From: Candidatus Omnitrophota bacterium
GTDB taxonomy: Bacteria > Omnitrophota > Gorgyraeia > Zapsychrales > Fredricksoniimonadaceae
Assembly (NCBI GenBank): GCA_903861305.1
Contig: CAIOTT010000056.1
Location: 5,918-69,917 of the forward strand
Direction: 5' to 3'
DNA length: 64,000 nucleotides
The notes under the pieces were generated by a model. It saw only the letters and a list, made by a program, of their open reading frames with translations, did not search any database and was not told the DNA's origin. Shown in pieces: positions 54,101 through 60,501 of the stretch. Positions within the stretch are counted from its first letter, which is position 1. The number at the start of each line of letters is the position of its first letter. The position numbers and the translations under genes are program-made.

Positions 54101-55669
54101 CGTGATCCACAGGAATACCGGGTTATCCTTCTGCTCGCTCAACGAGTATGAACGCGAAGCTTTCAGCCACGCGGCGCGCTCCTGATCCGTCAACCCTTGC
54201 GGGTCATACGCCAGGACCACGCGCGCCGTCTGGTCCACAACATCAGTCCATTTCTGGTCAACGGCCACGTCCATCAGGAGTCCGGCCGATGACGCACTCA
54301 GCTCGGCTGGATTCTCTTCCAGCAGTCGCAGTTCCTGCAGCCGCCGCAGCAGCGCCAGGCACCCGCCCTGCCCCAACGCACGCACGTCGTCCACATGCTG
54401 CAGCCCGTTGAATGACCGGACCGCGGCCTCAAGGTCCGCTTTAGCTTTTTGTTCCGGACTTTTGGCTGACGCTGATCCCGCTGGAACGATCGTTGTCGGA
54501 ACGATCAATCCGGAATCCCCATGGGATCCCCAACCCGAAGGCGTCTTAGGTAAAACCAAGTTCTTTCCAGGAACAACAAGATCGACCCTTCCAAAGATCA
54601 GCCTTCCATTATCAGGCGGCACAATATCGGTCTTGGAAAATACCGGCCCCATGGCCGCATCGACGAAAACAACACCACCCGAAAAATATTTCCGCGGGAC
54701 TGTTTCGCCGGCCAAAGGGTCTTTCTCATCCTTGATATAGTTATAAACACCCTTCTTGAAAGCTTCGACATACTGCGCCCATATCTTTTGCGCTTCCTTC
54801 GTGTCCTCAATGTTGACCCCCTCCACTTTATTCCGGTCGACATACACGCGCGCAAGGATCGAATCCTTGATCTTTTTCTTGTACCAGGCCGCCAGGATAA
54901 AAGACTGGTACACCTGCCGGAGCAAAATAAAATTACGCCCCTCATTCACTTCCTTCTCGAGTTCAGGGACCACGATCTCCCGCAGGACCTCCCTGGCCAG
55001 TTCCTGGGTCGCGGAAAACGGGACTTGCGCCTCCCCCTTGATGACCGAATTCTCCAGCGCCTTATAATCGCTTTCCAGCATGACCTTCAACCGGCTCTCC
55101 ACGACAAACGCCCGGTCCTTATGCTCGAAAACAACAGCCTTCGCCGGAACGATCCAAACCTTGTTGAACGTATCGACCGGCATATCTGTGGTCCCGTATT
55201 TCTCGTAGATCGAACGGTATATCTTCGCCCAAAACTTCTTTCCTGTATCACCTTCCGGATAGATCGCGGAAGCCGTGATCTGCTTGAGCAGATAATCCTG
55301 CGCCAGAAGGTCACGCCCCATCTGGGTTTCACCGAACGCGCCGGGAACGATACGGTCTTTTTCATAAGGGGATAAATTGACCCACAGGTCTTTCTCGGGG
55401 ACGGTCAAGGAGGCAAGGAAATATTTGGCAAGGCGGTTGAGGTCACTTTTTAGCTGCTGATCCGTTGCCCCGGCATCGCCTTTATCAAGGATGAAATCAA
55501 AACGGAACGGATCATCGGGATAGACCCTGACGCCTTTAAGGGCCGGCGCCATGAAGGACTGGCTCAACGGGACCATCTGGCCCGGCACCGGCAATACCAG
55601 GGCCTGGGCATGGACAAACCCGGTCATAAAAAAACAGGTCAAAGTTATTAACGCGATAACTTGCTTCAT
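48143..55669 (-). CDS. Giant secreted protein P5 (2508 aa), paralog 5 of 5: signal peptide, N-cap, 2x(helical + amidoligase-like + WSPQGD beta-propeller) units, C-cap
   Basis: Signal peptide MKQVIALITLTCFFMTGFVHAQA. N-cap includes PFRFDFILDKGD, WVNLSPYEKDRIVPGAFG and EKEVNEG. Two units carry FGIELE...GMHVHVGGEKD, followed by 10 and 12 WSPQGD-type blades. The C-cap is HGGIDLNAGTLDLRV...GFAPVVTDVHPLESLSQFLG. Start trimmed from 55699 to the ATG at 55669. Confidence 0.8.
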   Translation of the reverse strand: MKQVIALITLTCFFMTGFVHAQALVLPVPGQMVPLSQSFMAPALKGVRVYPDDPFRFDFILDKGDAGATDQQLKSDLNRLAKYFLASLTVPEKDLWVNLSPYEKDRIVPGAFGETQMGRDLLAQDYLLKQITASAIYPEGDTGKKFWAKIYRSIYEKYGTTDMPVDTFNKVWIVPAKAVVFEHKDRAFVVESRLKVMLESDYKALENSVIKGEAQVPFSATQELAREVLREIVVPELEKEVNEGRNFILLRQVYQSFILAAWYKKKIKDSILARVYVDRNKVEGVNIEDTKEAQKIWAQYVEAFKKGVYNYIKDEKDPLAGETVPRKYFSGGVVFVDAAMGPVFSKTDIVPPDNGRLIFGRVDLVVPGKNLVLPKTPSGWGSHGDSGLIVPTTIVPAGSASAKSPEQKAKADLEAAVRSFNGLQHVDDVRALGQGGCLALLRRLQELRLLEENPAELSASSAGLLMDVAVDQKWTDVVDQTARVVLAYDPQGLTDQERAAWLKASRSYSLSEQKDNPVFLWITDHLGKLTSDEFFDYLQIVKRTDPAIWSVTGLPKEMTFGIELEVRVSQEDDQNKRTDMLSELLRASLPALWDSARWELGHDGNNIEIRTKGGMPNTEEGWGVFLKELTAIVSEMNWVVSEWNKEAGRAELFKISQGMHVHVGGEKDVFRAVAGAGIMFTNLEKLMSGLAGGRPTLTFGQFGLGGVVGGAKNTTPIYYDPIHDTLALNTLEPPRVGSILDADAYGREMKALIMTAMALVHGAATQEWNVLRAGLPVRGGDIVTEGRFAAQMRNLARLFEGDRVDLWKSLWVLDKKQAFGPVVPDAGLQEENTSNEHAAAVEMFIKSGLGLEAWIKEAVRSGNDIDAARVLAAVIMWGDIHERETALGLIRSKTIAEAALRQGMMGVYTRIAGDVSGIGEIYFMVRSPQGDRVFVQGESGGVMLDKKGGRKGEIVSGNWKIQEVVWSPQGDLVLVQGDSGSVLLDKEGGQKGEQISGVGDIWHTPSWSPQGDRVILQNDLGVMILDKEGGQKRRIVSGIGRIFEVVWSPQGDRVFVRGESGGVTLDKEGGRKGEILADMGGIRAVTWSPQGDRVFVGAYSSGVMLDKEGGRTGETVSGIGTILDAVWSPQGDRVFVRGYSSGVMLDKEGDRRGVTPSGIGVILAVAWSPPGDRIFVRSLSGGVMLGKEGDRKGEPVSGIGTIRAVAWSPQGDRVYVLGDLGGMMLDKEGARKGEMQSGIGRVWAVAWSPQGDQVFVGGKFGGVMLDKEGGRMDAAVSGIGEILKVEWSPQGDQVFVQKGSGGALLDKKGNKVLLLGGDGDVKFVGNGLEVVGSGRVEYWEPFDIDKIVADQAQAGDGSEPHKPSFLKVAAAKLVISDSDIVMRKVPSGWESHGNSGLIVPTKIVPAESVSAPRPEQKAKEDLEAAVRSFNGLQHVDDVRALGQYGCLALLRRLQKLRLLEEKPAELSTSSAGLLMDVAVDQKWTDVVDQTARVVLAYDPQGLTDQERAAWLKASRSSSLSEQKDNPVFLWITDHLGKLTSDEFFEYLQIVKRTDPAIWSVTGLPKEMTFGIELELNLGQDEATYLLFERLKRKLRSISSTRWDMSWDTNNVEVRTKRGMPNTEEGWGVFLKELTQIITEINSVANALNKKPGRKDLLKVSQGMHVHVGGEKDISRVVPGAGAIFTALEKLMSFLAGGRPTLTFGQFGLGGITGSEKNRTPLYYEPSNDTLALNTLEPPRAGAIADGDAYGREMKALIVTAMAMVHGAATQEWNVLTAGLAVRRGEIVTEGKFSAQMRNLARLFAGNRVDLWKALWMLEKKQAFGPVIPDAGLREEITSDPHAAAVELFLKSGLGLAAWVQEAVRSGNAIDAARVLGVVMMWGDALQRETALGLIRDRIVDEKILRDATPEVYARKAWDLSGIGKKSIEVWSPGNDLVFVGGENGGMMFDKDGRRLGDPVFGIGKVMRVEWSPQGERVIVIGKTGTMFLDDKGRYVKQVISEVGILSFALWSPQGDRVYLRGNLGALLLNKDGELQGEALSGDLYKTAWSPQGDRLFINGSADSLLLDRNGQRSRVATSAVGQGSDVAWSPQGDRFFLIGSKGGVLFDTKGDHLGDVALEDMTGAAWSPQGDMVLVQRRRGNVLLDKEGHSQSFGKSTSSVINKVNWSPDGEMAVVNAGSGVFLIDRQGTVHGETARLGGLFDAVWSPAGDRVFVRGPFGTLLLDMDGISYKKAIRVGQITGARWSPQGDRLFVRGSRGGVLFNKNGERQGANVSGIGIVMDIAWSPRDDSIFVLGRSGAVLVNKNGERMGDVLTGAMSRMAWSPQGDRILVGLETSAFLLDQNGRRVSDTVSGVGKLLRVAWSPQGSTAFIAGNIGNMLLNKNGEKVLSTGGISAAMFIDNGLIFVGPDEITQFNPFDLDGKGAGLSPGTHADASADAAHGGIDLNAGTLDLRVQESGDSVRFNLDPAQLQRLQDASGFAPVVTDVHPLESLSQFLGMIPPEARVAGR
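48500..49915 (-). repeat. Coding tandem repeat, ~120 nt period, 12 diverged copies (second beta-propeller of P5)
   Basis: Twelve W-S-P-x-G-D/E blades: WSPGND, WSPQGE, WSPQGD x4, WSPDGE, WSPAGD, WSPQGD, WSPRDD, WSPQGD, WSPQGS. They resemble TolB/PD40-type repeats. Confidence 0.75.
50955..51530 (-). repeat. Near-identical intragenic repeat, copy B (pairs with 53982-54557, offset 3027 nt)
   Basis: Direct by-eye comparison shows only scattered substitutions over ~575 nt. For example, 50955-51290 differs from 53982-54317 at only a handful of positions. Confidence 0.85.
51725..52925 (-). repeat. Coding tandem repeat, exact 120 nt period, 10 copies (first beta-propeller of P5)
   Basis: The plus-strand motif (g/t)atc(g/t/a)ccc(t/g)g(c/t)gg(c/t)gacc recurs at ~51793, 51913, 52033, 52153, 52273, 52393, 52513, 52633, 52753 and 52873. 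It encodes WSPQGDRVFV...GGVMLDKEGGRKGE..SGIG blades of 40 aa. Confidence 0.9.
53982..54557 (-). repeat. Near-identical intragenic repeat, copy A (pairs with 50955-51530)
   Basis: See copy B. Alternative-frame track ORFs 54148-54411 and 51121-51384 translate almost identically, which reflects the DNA identity. Confidence 0.85.
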
Positions 55670-55815
55670 CCCCGCCCTTTTGTTAAACGGCCTGACCACC
55701 AGAACAGGCCATAATAAGTATATAATATTAAAAAGGTAAATATGGGGATACGGAAGGCATTCGGGAAAACGTTTTCCCGATCACATGACGCGCGGGGGTT
55801 GGTAATGTCCTGGGA

Positions 55816-56733
55816 CTATTTCGGCTCGGGATGGACCGTGACGTCGGCATCAGGGTAAATATCCTGGATGGCTTTTTCGACGTCTTCGGTCAGGCGATGG
55901 GCCTCTTGCAGGGAGATGCGGCCATCGAGCAGGACATGCAGTTCCACAAAAAGCTGCGGCCCGGAGGAACGGACGCGCACATAATGGCAATTGAGCACAC
56001 CGGGGACCGTTTCCGCGGTGGCGATCACTTTCTCTTCCAGCCCTTCAGGCGCCCCGTCAAGCAGGGCATTCACCGTGCGGCTGCCGAGCTTCCAGCTGAT
56101 CTGGATGACAATGAGACCAACGACAAGCGCGGCAACGGCGTCCGCGTAATGGAGCCACGCCACCGCGGGGATCATATTGCCCAGCACCACGCACCCCAGC
56201 CCGAGGATAACGACCGCCGAGCTCCAGATATCGGTCGAAAAATGGAGCGCGTCGGCCTCAAGGGCCTGGCTGTTATATTTCTTCGCGGCCTTGAACAGCA
56301 TACGCGAACGTGACACGTCAACAATGATGGACACAGCCATAACAGCGAACGACCAGACCGTGACCTCCACATCCGTCCTTCCGGAAATAATGCGATGGAT
56401 CGCCTCATAGCCGATCCACGCACATGTCACAAGCAGGAGCGCTGTTTCAAACAACGCCGAAAGGTTCTCGACCTTGCCGTGGCCGTAACGGTGTTCGCGG
56501 TCCGCGGGCTTGGCGGAAGCGCGCACAGCCAGCAGCGTGACCACCGCGGCCACCAGGTCAAAGCCCGAATGGGCCGCTTCGGCAAGGATGCCAAGGCTTC
56601 CCGTTCCAAAACCCACCACGACCTTCATGATAACAAGGGCCATCGCCGCAAACACCGAGTTTGCAGCCGCGCTCTCTTTTTTCTTGCCATGACCCATGTC
56701 ATGATCGGTAGAGTTCTTCAAAGATTCCCGCAC
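55816..56733 (-). CDS. Cation diffusion facilitator (CDF) family metal efflux transporter
   Basis: 305 aa. Six TM helices with HSGFDLVAA and HFSTDIWSS metal-site motifs, plus a C-terminal cytoplasmic domain. The start may be the internal ATG at 56697. Confidence 0.85.
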   Translation of the reverse strand: MRESLKNSTDHDMGHGKKKESAAANSVFAAMALVIMKVVVGFGTGSLGILAEAAHSGFDLVAAVVTLLAVRASAKPADREHRYGHGKVENLSALFETALLLVTCAWIGYEAIHRIISGRTDVEVTVWSFAVMAVSIIVDVSRSRMLFKAAKKYNSQALEADALHFSTDIWSSAVVILGLGCVVLGNMIPAVAWLHYADAVAALVVGLIVIQISWKLGSRTVNALLDGAPEGLEEKVIATAETVPGVLNCHYVRVRSSGPQLFVELHVLLDGRISLQEAHRLTEDVEKAIQDIYPDADVTVHPEPK

Positions 56734-56772
56734 CTTTCCATCAACCCGGATCTTTCCAATTATAGTCGGAAG

Positions 56773-57966
56773 TTAACATTTCTTCGCAAAAGCCCTGCCG
56801 TATTCCACAAACCCGGTCATGGCCTTCTCATCAGGCTCCCACTGGTGCTTGATGCCCTCATCCACCACCTCCAGGCCGACCTCGGCAAGGGTGGCGTTGA
56901 GGTGCTTCTGCGCTTCCCCGGACCAGCCGTAGCAGCCGAACGCCGCGGCCTTCTTGCCCCGGAACGCCATGCCCCGCATCTCCTCAATGAACCCGCCAAC
57001 AGATGACAGCGCGCATTTATTATGCGATGGCGAGCCCACGAGCAACGCCTTGGAACGGAAGACCTCCACCAGCACATCGTTCTTGTCCGCCGCGCCAAGG
57101 TTCATCACATTGACGATCACATGCGGATCAGCCAGGTGTATCCCCTTGGCTATCTCCTCGGCCATGACACGGGTCCCGCCCCAGATGGTATCGTAAACGA
57201 TCGCAACGCGGTTCTCTTTATATTCATTCGCCCAGGATTCGTATTTGTCGATCGCTTTGGCAACATCCGCACCCCGCCAGCACGCTCCGTGGCTGGTGCA
57301 GATCATATCAATGGGAAGGTTCATCCCTTTCAATTCCCTGATCTTGACCTGGACCGACTTGCTCCAGGGGGCAATGATGTTGGCGTAATACTTCATATCC
57401 TCATCCCAGAGGATCGCGGGATCCACAAGATCGGCCCATATCTGGTCGGTCGCGTAATGCTGGCCGAAAGCGTCCGTCGTAAAAAGGATATTGTCACCCG
57501 TAAGATAGGAGAACATGGTGTCCGGCCAGTGCAGCATCGGGGCTTCAATGAAGACGAACTTCTTCCCGTTACCGATATCGAGCGTATCGCCGGTACGGAC
57601 GATCTTGAAGTTCCAGTCCTTGTGGTAATGGCCCTTGAGGCATTTGGCCCCATTGGCCGTGCAATAGACCGGCACGTCAGGGATCATCTCCATCAGGTCC
57701 CTCATCGCCCCGCTGTGATCAGGCTCCGCGTGGTTGCTGATGATCGCGTCGATCTTGTCGATATCGACCGCCTCAGGCAGTTCACGCAGGAATTCCTCGG
57801 CGAACGGGCTCCAGACCGTATCCATCAGGACCGTTTTTTCTTCCTTGATAAGATAAGAATTGTACGTTGTCCCGTGGTGGGTGGAAAGTTCATGGCCATG
57901 GAACATGCGCAGTTCCCAGTCCACCTTCCCGACCCAGAAAACATTGTTTTTTACATTGATCGCCAT
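56773..57966 (-). CDS. fprA: FprA-family flavodiiron protein (O2/NO reductase)
   Basis: 397 aa. Metallo-beta-lactamase-like N-domain (NSYLI...HAEPDHSG) plus a flavodoxin-like C-domain. Confidence 0.88.
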   Translation of the reverse strand: MAINVKNNVFWVGKVDWELRMFHGHELSTHHGTTYNSYLIKEEKTVLMDTVWSPFAEEFLRELPEAVDIDKIDAIISNHAEPDHSGAMRDLMEMIPDVPVYCTANGAKCLKGHYHKDWNFKIVRTGDTLDIGNGKKFVFIEAPMLHWPDTMFSYLTGDNILFTTDAFGQHYATDQIWADLVDPAILWDEDMKYYANIIAPWSKSVQVKIRELKGMNLPIDMICTSHGACWRGADVAKAIDKYESWANEYKENRVAIVYDTIWGGTRVMAEEIAKGIHLADPHVIVNVMNLGAADKNDVLVEVFRSKALLVGSPSHNKCALSSVGGFIEEMRGMAFRGKKAAAFGCYGWSGEAQKHLNATLAEVGLEVVDEGIKHQWEPDEKAMTGFVEYGRAFAKKC

Positions 57967-58065
57967 ATATCCCCTTCCTTTGAGGAAGTAGTCGTAAGGA
58001 AATAAAGTTTATTACGGAGATTTTACCACACTATGCATTTTCATACTGCTGCGTTTTAACAATTG

Positions 58066-58097
58066 TAAAAGAAAAGCCCCCGGAATAACCCGGGGGC
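58066..58097 (-). terminator. Rho-independent terminator downstream of the Cys-rich secreted protein gene
   Basis: The minus strand has GGCCCCCGGG-TTATT-CCGGGGGC followed by TTTTCTTTT. Confidence 0.6.
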
Positions 58098-58123
58098 CTG
58101 AAATACATCGCAACAATTACGCT

Positions 58124-58558
58124 CTATTTCTTATCCTTCACATCAGGTGCGACATCAGCCTTGGCGGTGACCTTTAAACAAACGGAACACCGCTTGTAGC
58201 CATCCTTTTCAGCCGCGGCCGCATCCTTATAATACACCTTGTTCGCCGCATCTATATTCGCCACATATTTACAACCCTGGACGTGGTACTTGTCCCCGCC
58301 TTTGGATGCCACCAGCGCTCCCGCGCTCGGGGGCGGATTGCACGTCTTGCACGCGCTATATCCGGCCTTTATCGCTTCTTCAGGTGTTGCAAACGTCACC
58401 TTCTTGTCCGCCGTGATCTTTTGGGCCACAGGACATACGCTGGCATGATACTTTTCCCCGCCTTTACTGGCCACATAACCGGCATCCGCGGCCCAAACCG
58501 CACCCGCAAAAGCCACGGCCATGATACCCGCTGCCATGATCGACAAGAATTTCTTCAT
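58124..58558 (-). CDS. Secreted protein with two Ada-type metal-binding-like repeats
   Basis: 144 aa with signal peptide MKKFLSIMAAGIMAVAFAGAVWA. Two repeats of KGG(E/D)KYH..(C)...(A/D)GY..C..C resemble the Zn-binding domain of Ada. Confidence 0.55.
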   Translation of the reverse strand: MKKFLSIMAAGIMAVAFAGAVWAADAGYVASKGGEKYHASVCPVAQKITADKKVTFATPEEAIKAGYSACKTCNPPPSAGALVASKGGDKYHVQGCKYVANIDAANKVYYKDAAAAEKDGYKRCSVCLKVTAKADVAPDVKDKK

Positions 58559-58582
58559 GCGCTCCCTCCCTGATTGTTTACG

Positions 58583-59824
58583 TTATCTGAACCTGCGCCG
58601 ACCGCGCGCGAGGGTCCTGTTCACGAAACTGCGGCCGCCGCCGCTGGACCTGCCGCTTGAACCCGAGCCGCTTGCCGGCGGACGGTACAGCGTGTGTGTT
58701 TCCACGTCAGGATGCTGGGCCTGCTTGATCTGGGACCGGAGGATCTTCTCGATCGCCTGGATCAAATCCGCCTGATCCGGCGTGGCAATGGAGATGGCAC
58801 GGCCTGCCATGCCCGCGCGGCCCGTGCGGCCGATGCGATGCACGTAATTTTCCGCGTCATCCGGAAGATCAAAATTAATGACAAGTTCGATACCCTTGAC
58901 ATCGATGCCGCGCGCTGCGATATCGGTGGCCACGAGCACCCTGTAACGCCCGACCTTGAAACCTTCAAGCGCCTGGCGCCGCTGGGCCAGGGTCTTGTCC
59001 GAATGGATCTCCGCCGCGCTGTGACCCATCACTTTGATATCGCGCGTCAATTTCCTGGCTCCGTGCTTGGTGCGCGAAAAAAGGAGCACCGAGCCGCGGT
59101 ATTCACCAAGGAGTTTCTGCAACAGGACGGTCTTCGCCTCGCGCTTGACGACAAAGATCTCCTGGACAACATTCTCGGCCGCCGTGCCCTGGGGCGCGAC
59201 CTCGATGTTGATGGGAAGTTTCATGTGGCGCCCCGCCATGACCATGATGTCACGCGGCATGGTCGCCGAAAAGAGCATGGTCTGGCGCTCCTTGGGGACC
59301 TCGCGCAGGATCTGCTCGATCTGGGGCGCGAACCCCATGTCGAACATGCGGTCAGCCTCGTCAAGGACAAGGATGGCAACGTTATTCAATCGTGCCGTGC
59401 CGCGCTGCAAATGATCGATCAGGCGGCCCGGTGTCGCAACAAGGATACGGGCGCCTTTCTTGATATCACGGATCTGTTCCTCCATCGACGCGCCCCCGAT
59501 AAGGACCGTGCTTTTGATGCCGAACGGCAGCGCCACCTTGCGGATGGTCTCGTCAACCTGCAAGGCCAGTTCGCGGGTAGGCACCACAATAAGCCCGCAG
59601 GACGTCCCCTGCGCGAGGCGCTGGACCATGGGGATCGCAAAGGCCAGGGTCTTGCCCGTGCCGGTCTGCGCAATGCCCATGATATCCTTGCCTTCGACCG
59701 CAAGCGGGATCGCCTTGTGCTGGATGGGCGTGGGGACCTGGAACTTCATGCGCTCAAGCGCTTCCAGGACCTTGGGCGCGATGCCCAAGCCAAAAAAGGT
59801 TGTTGTTGGGTGTGTGTTGGTCAT
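58583..59824 (-). CDS. DEAD-box ATP-dependent RNA helicase
   Basis: 413 aa with AQTGTGKT, VLDEADRMFDMGF, SAT and HRIGRTGRAG motifs, plus an Arg/Gly/Ser-rich tail. Confidence 0.9.
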   Translation of the reverse strand: MTNTHPTTTFFGLGIAPKVLEALERMKFQVPTPIQHKAIPLAVEGKDIMGIAQTGTGKTLAFAIPMVQRLAQGTSCGLIVVPTRELALQVDETIRKVALPFGIKSTVLIGGASMEEQIRDIKKGARILVATPGRLIDHLQRGTARLNNVAILVLDEADRMFDMGFAPQIEQILREVPKERQTMLFSATMPRDIMVMAGRHMKLPINIEVAPQGTAAENVVQEIFVVKREAKTVLLQKLLGEYRGSVLLFSRTKHGARKLTRDIKVMGHSAAEIHSDKTLAQRRQALEGFKVGRYRVLVATDIAARGIDVKGIELVINFDLPDDAENYVHRIGRTGRAGMAGRAISIATPDQADLIQAIEKILRSQIKQAQHPDVETHTLYRPPASGSGSSGRSSGGGRSFVNRTLARGRRRFR

Positions 59825-60058
59825 GTTTTAATTCTTCTTTCTTGTTCTAATCAATTAATATATAAGGTAATACGGAAGGAGGCTGAGGTGAGTTGCTCTT
59901 TGTCCTGATCGCTACCTTATTCTGCACTATCATCCCTTATTTGGCTAAAAACGTCAATGTTTTTCTTTCACCACCCGAAATTGCGGTATCACGCTCTCAT
60001 TTCAAGGGCGGGGCGCCCCGAAACTCCTAATGGCCCGACCTTCGATCTTTTGGAGGCC

Positions 60059-60095
60059 AAAAAAAAACCCCCGGACTTTTGCAATCATCCGAGGG
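60059..60095 (-). terminator. Rho-independent terminator downstream of the cupin gene
   Basis: The minus strand has CCCTCGGA-(12 nt loop)-TCCGGGGG followed by a run of nine T (plus-strand A9 at 60059-60067). Confidence 0.6.
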
Positions 60096-60210
60096 TCTCC
60101 AACAAGCCCCACCCACTAGCTTCTCAACTAACTTCCGGGGCCTCTTTCTATTTAAACTTTACTCCTTTTAACGCAGAGGTCAAGCTTTTTATTTAAGGGG
60201 ACCGGCTGTC

Positions 60211-60498
60211 TTATTCTCCGAATTTGTAATGCTTGCGCACCGGCTTTTTAACATGCCAGGTACAGCTTAAACCCTGCGGGAATGTCACAAGGTCACCCTT
60301 GCCGAATGCAACAGACTCGAACGGCGTCTTGACCAGCACCTCGCCTTCCAGGAACAGGCAGACCTCTTTCTCATCGTAGTGCCAGTCGAACGTCGACACC
60401 TCCTTGGTCCAAATGGGCCAGGACCTCACACCCAGTTCCGCGAGCTTTTGTTCCTGAGGCTTTTCCACGAACACTTTAAGCGTTGAGGGCATAAACAC
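60211..60498 (-). CDS. Small cupin-domain protein
   Basis: 95 aa. The beta-barrel pattern ...WHYDEKEVCLFLEGEVLV...GDLVTFPQGLSCTWHV is typical of single-domain cupins. Confidence 0.6.
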   Translation of the reverse strand: MFMPSTLKVFVEKPQEQKLAELGVRSWPIWTKEVSTFDWHYDEKEVCLFLEGEVLVKTPFESVAFGKGDLVTFPQGLSCTWHVKKPVRKHYKFGE

Positions 60499-60501
60499 TC
60501 C

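Noticed and set aside
60013-60024. Perfect 12 nt GC palindrome CGGGGCGCCCCG upstream of the helicase gene.
   Set aside because: It is too short and isolated to interpret. It has no loop for a hairpin and no second copy in the window.
59825-60210. Largest intergenic region. It contains a 79 aa ORF (59957-60196) and was screened for tRNA, SRP, 6S or tmRNA-like features on both strands.
   Set aside because: I could find no tRNA T-loop or anticodon architecture and no conserved ncRNA motif. The region is explained by the cupin terminator (60059-60095) plus a possible TTGACG promoter and a long AT-rich 5' UTR of the DEAD-box helicase gene. The ORF has no RBS or family resemblance. An ncRNA cannot be excluded without covariance-model searches.
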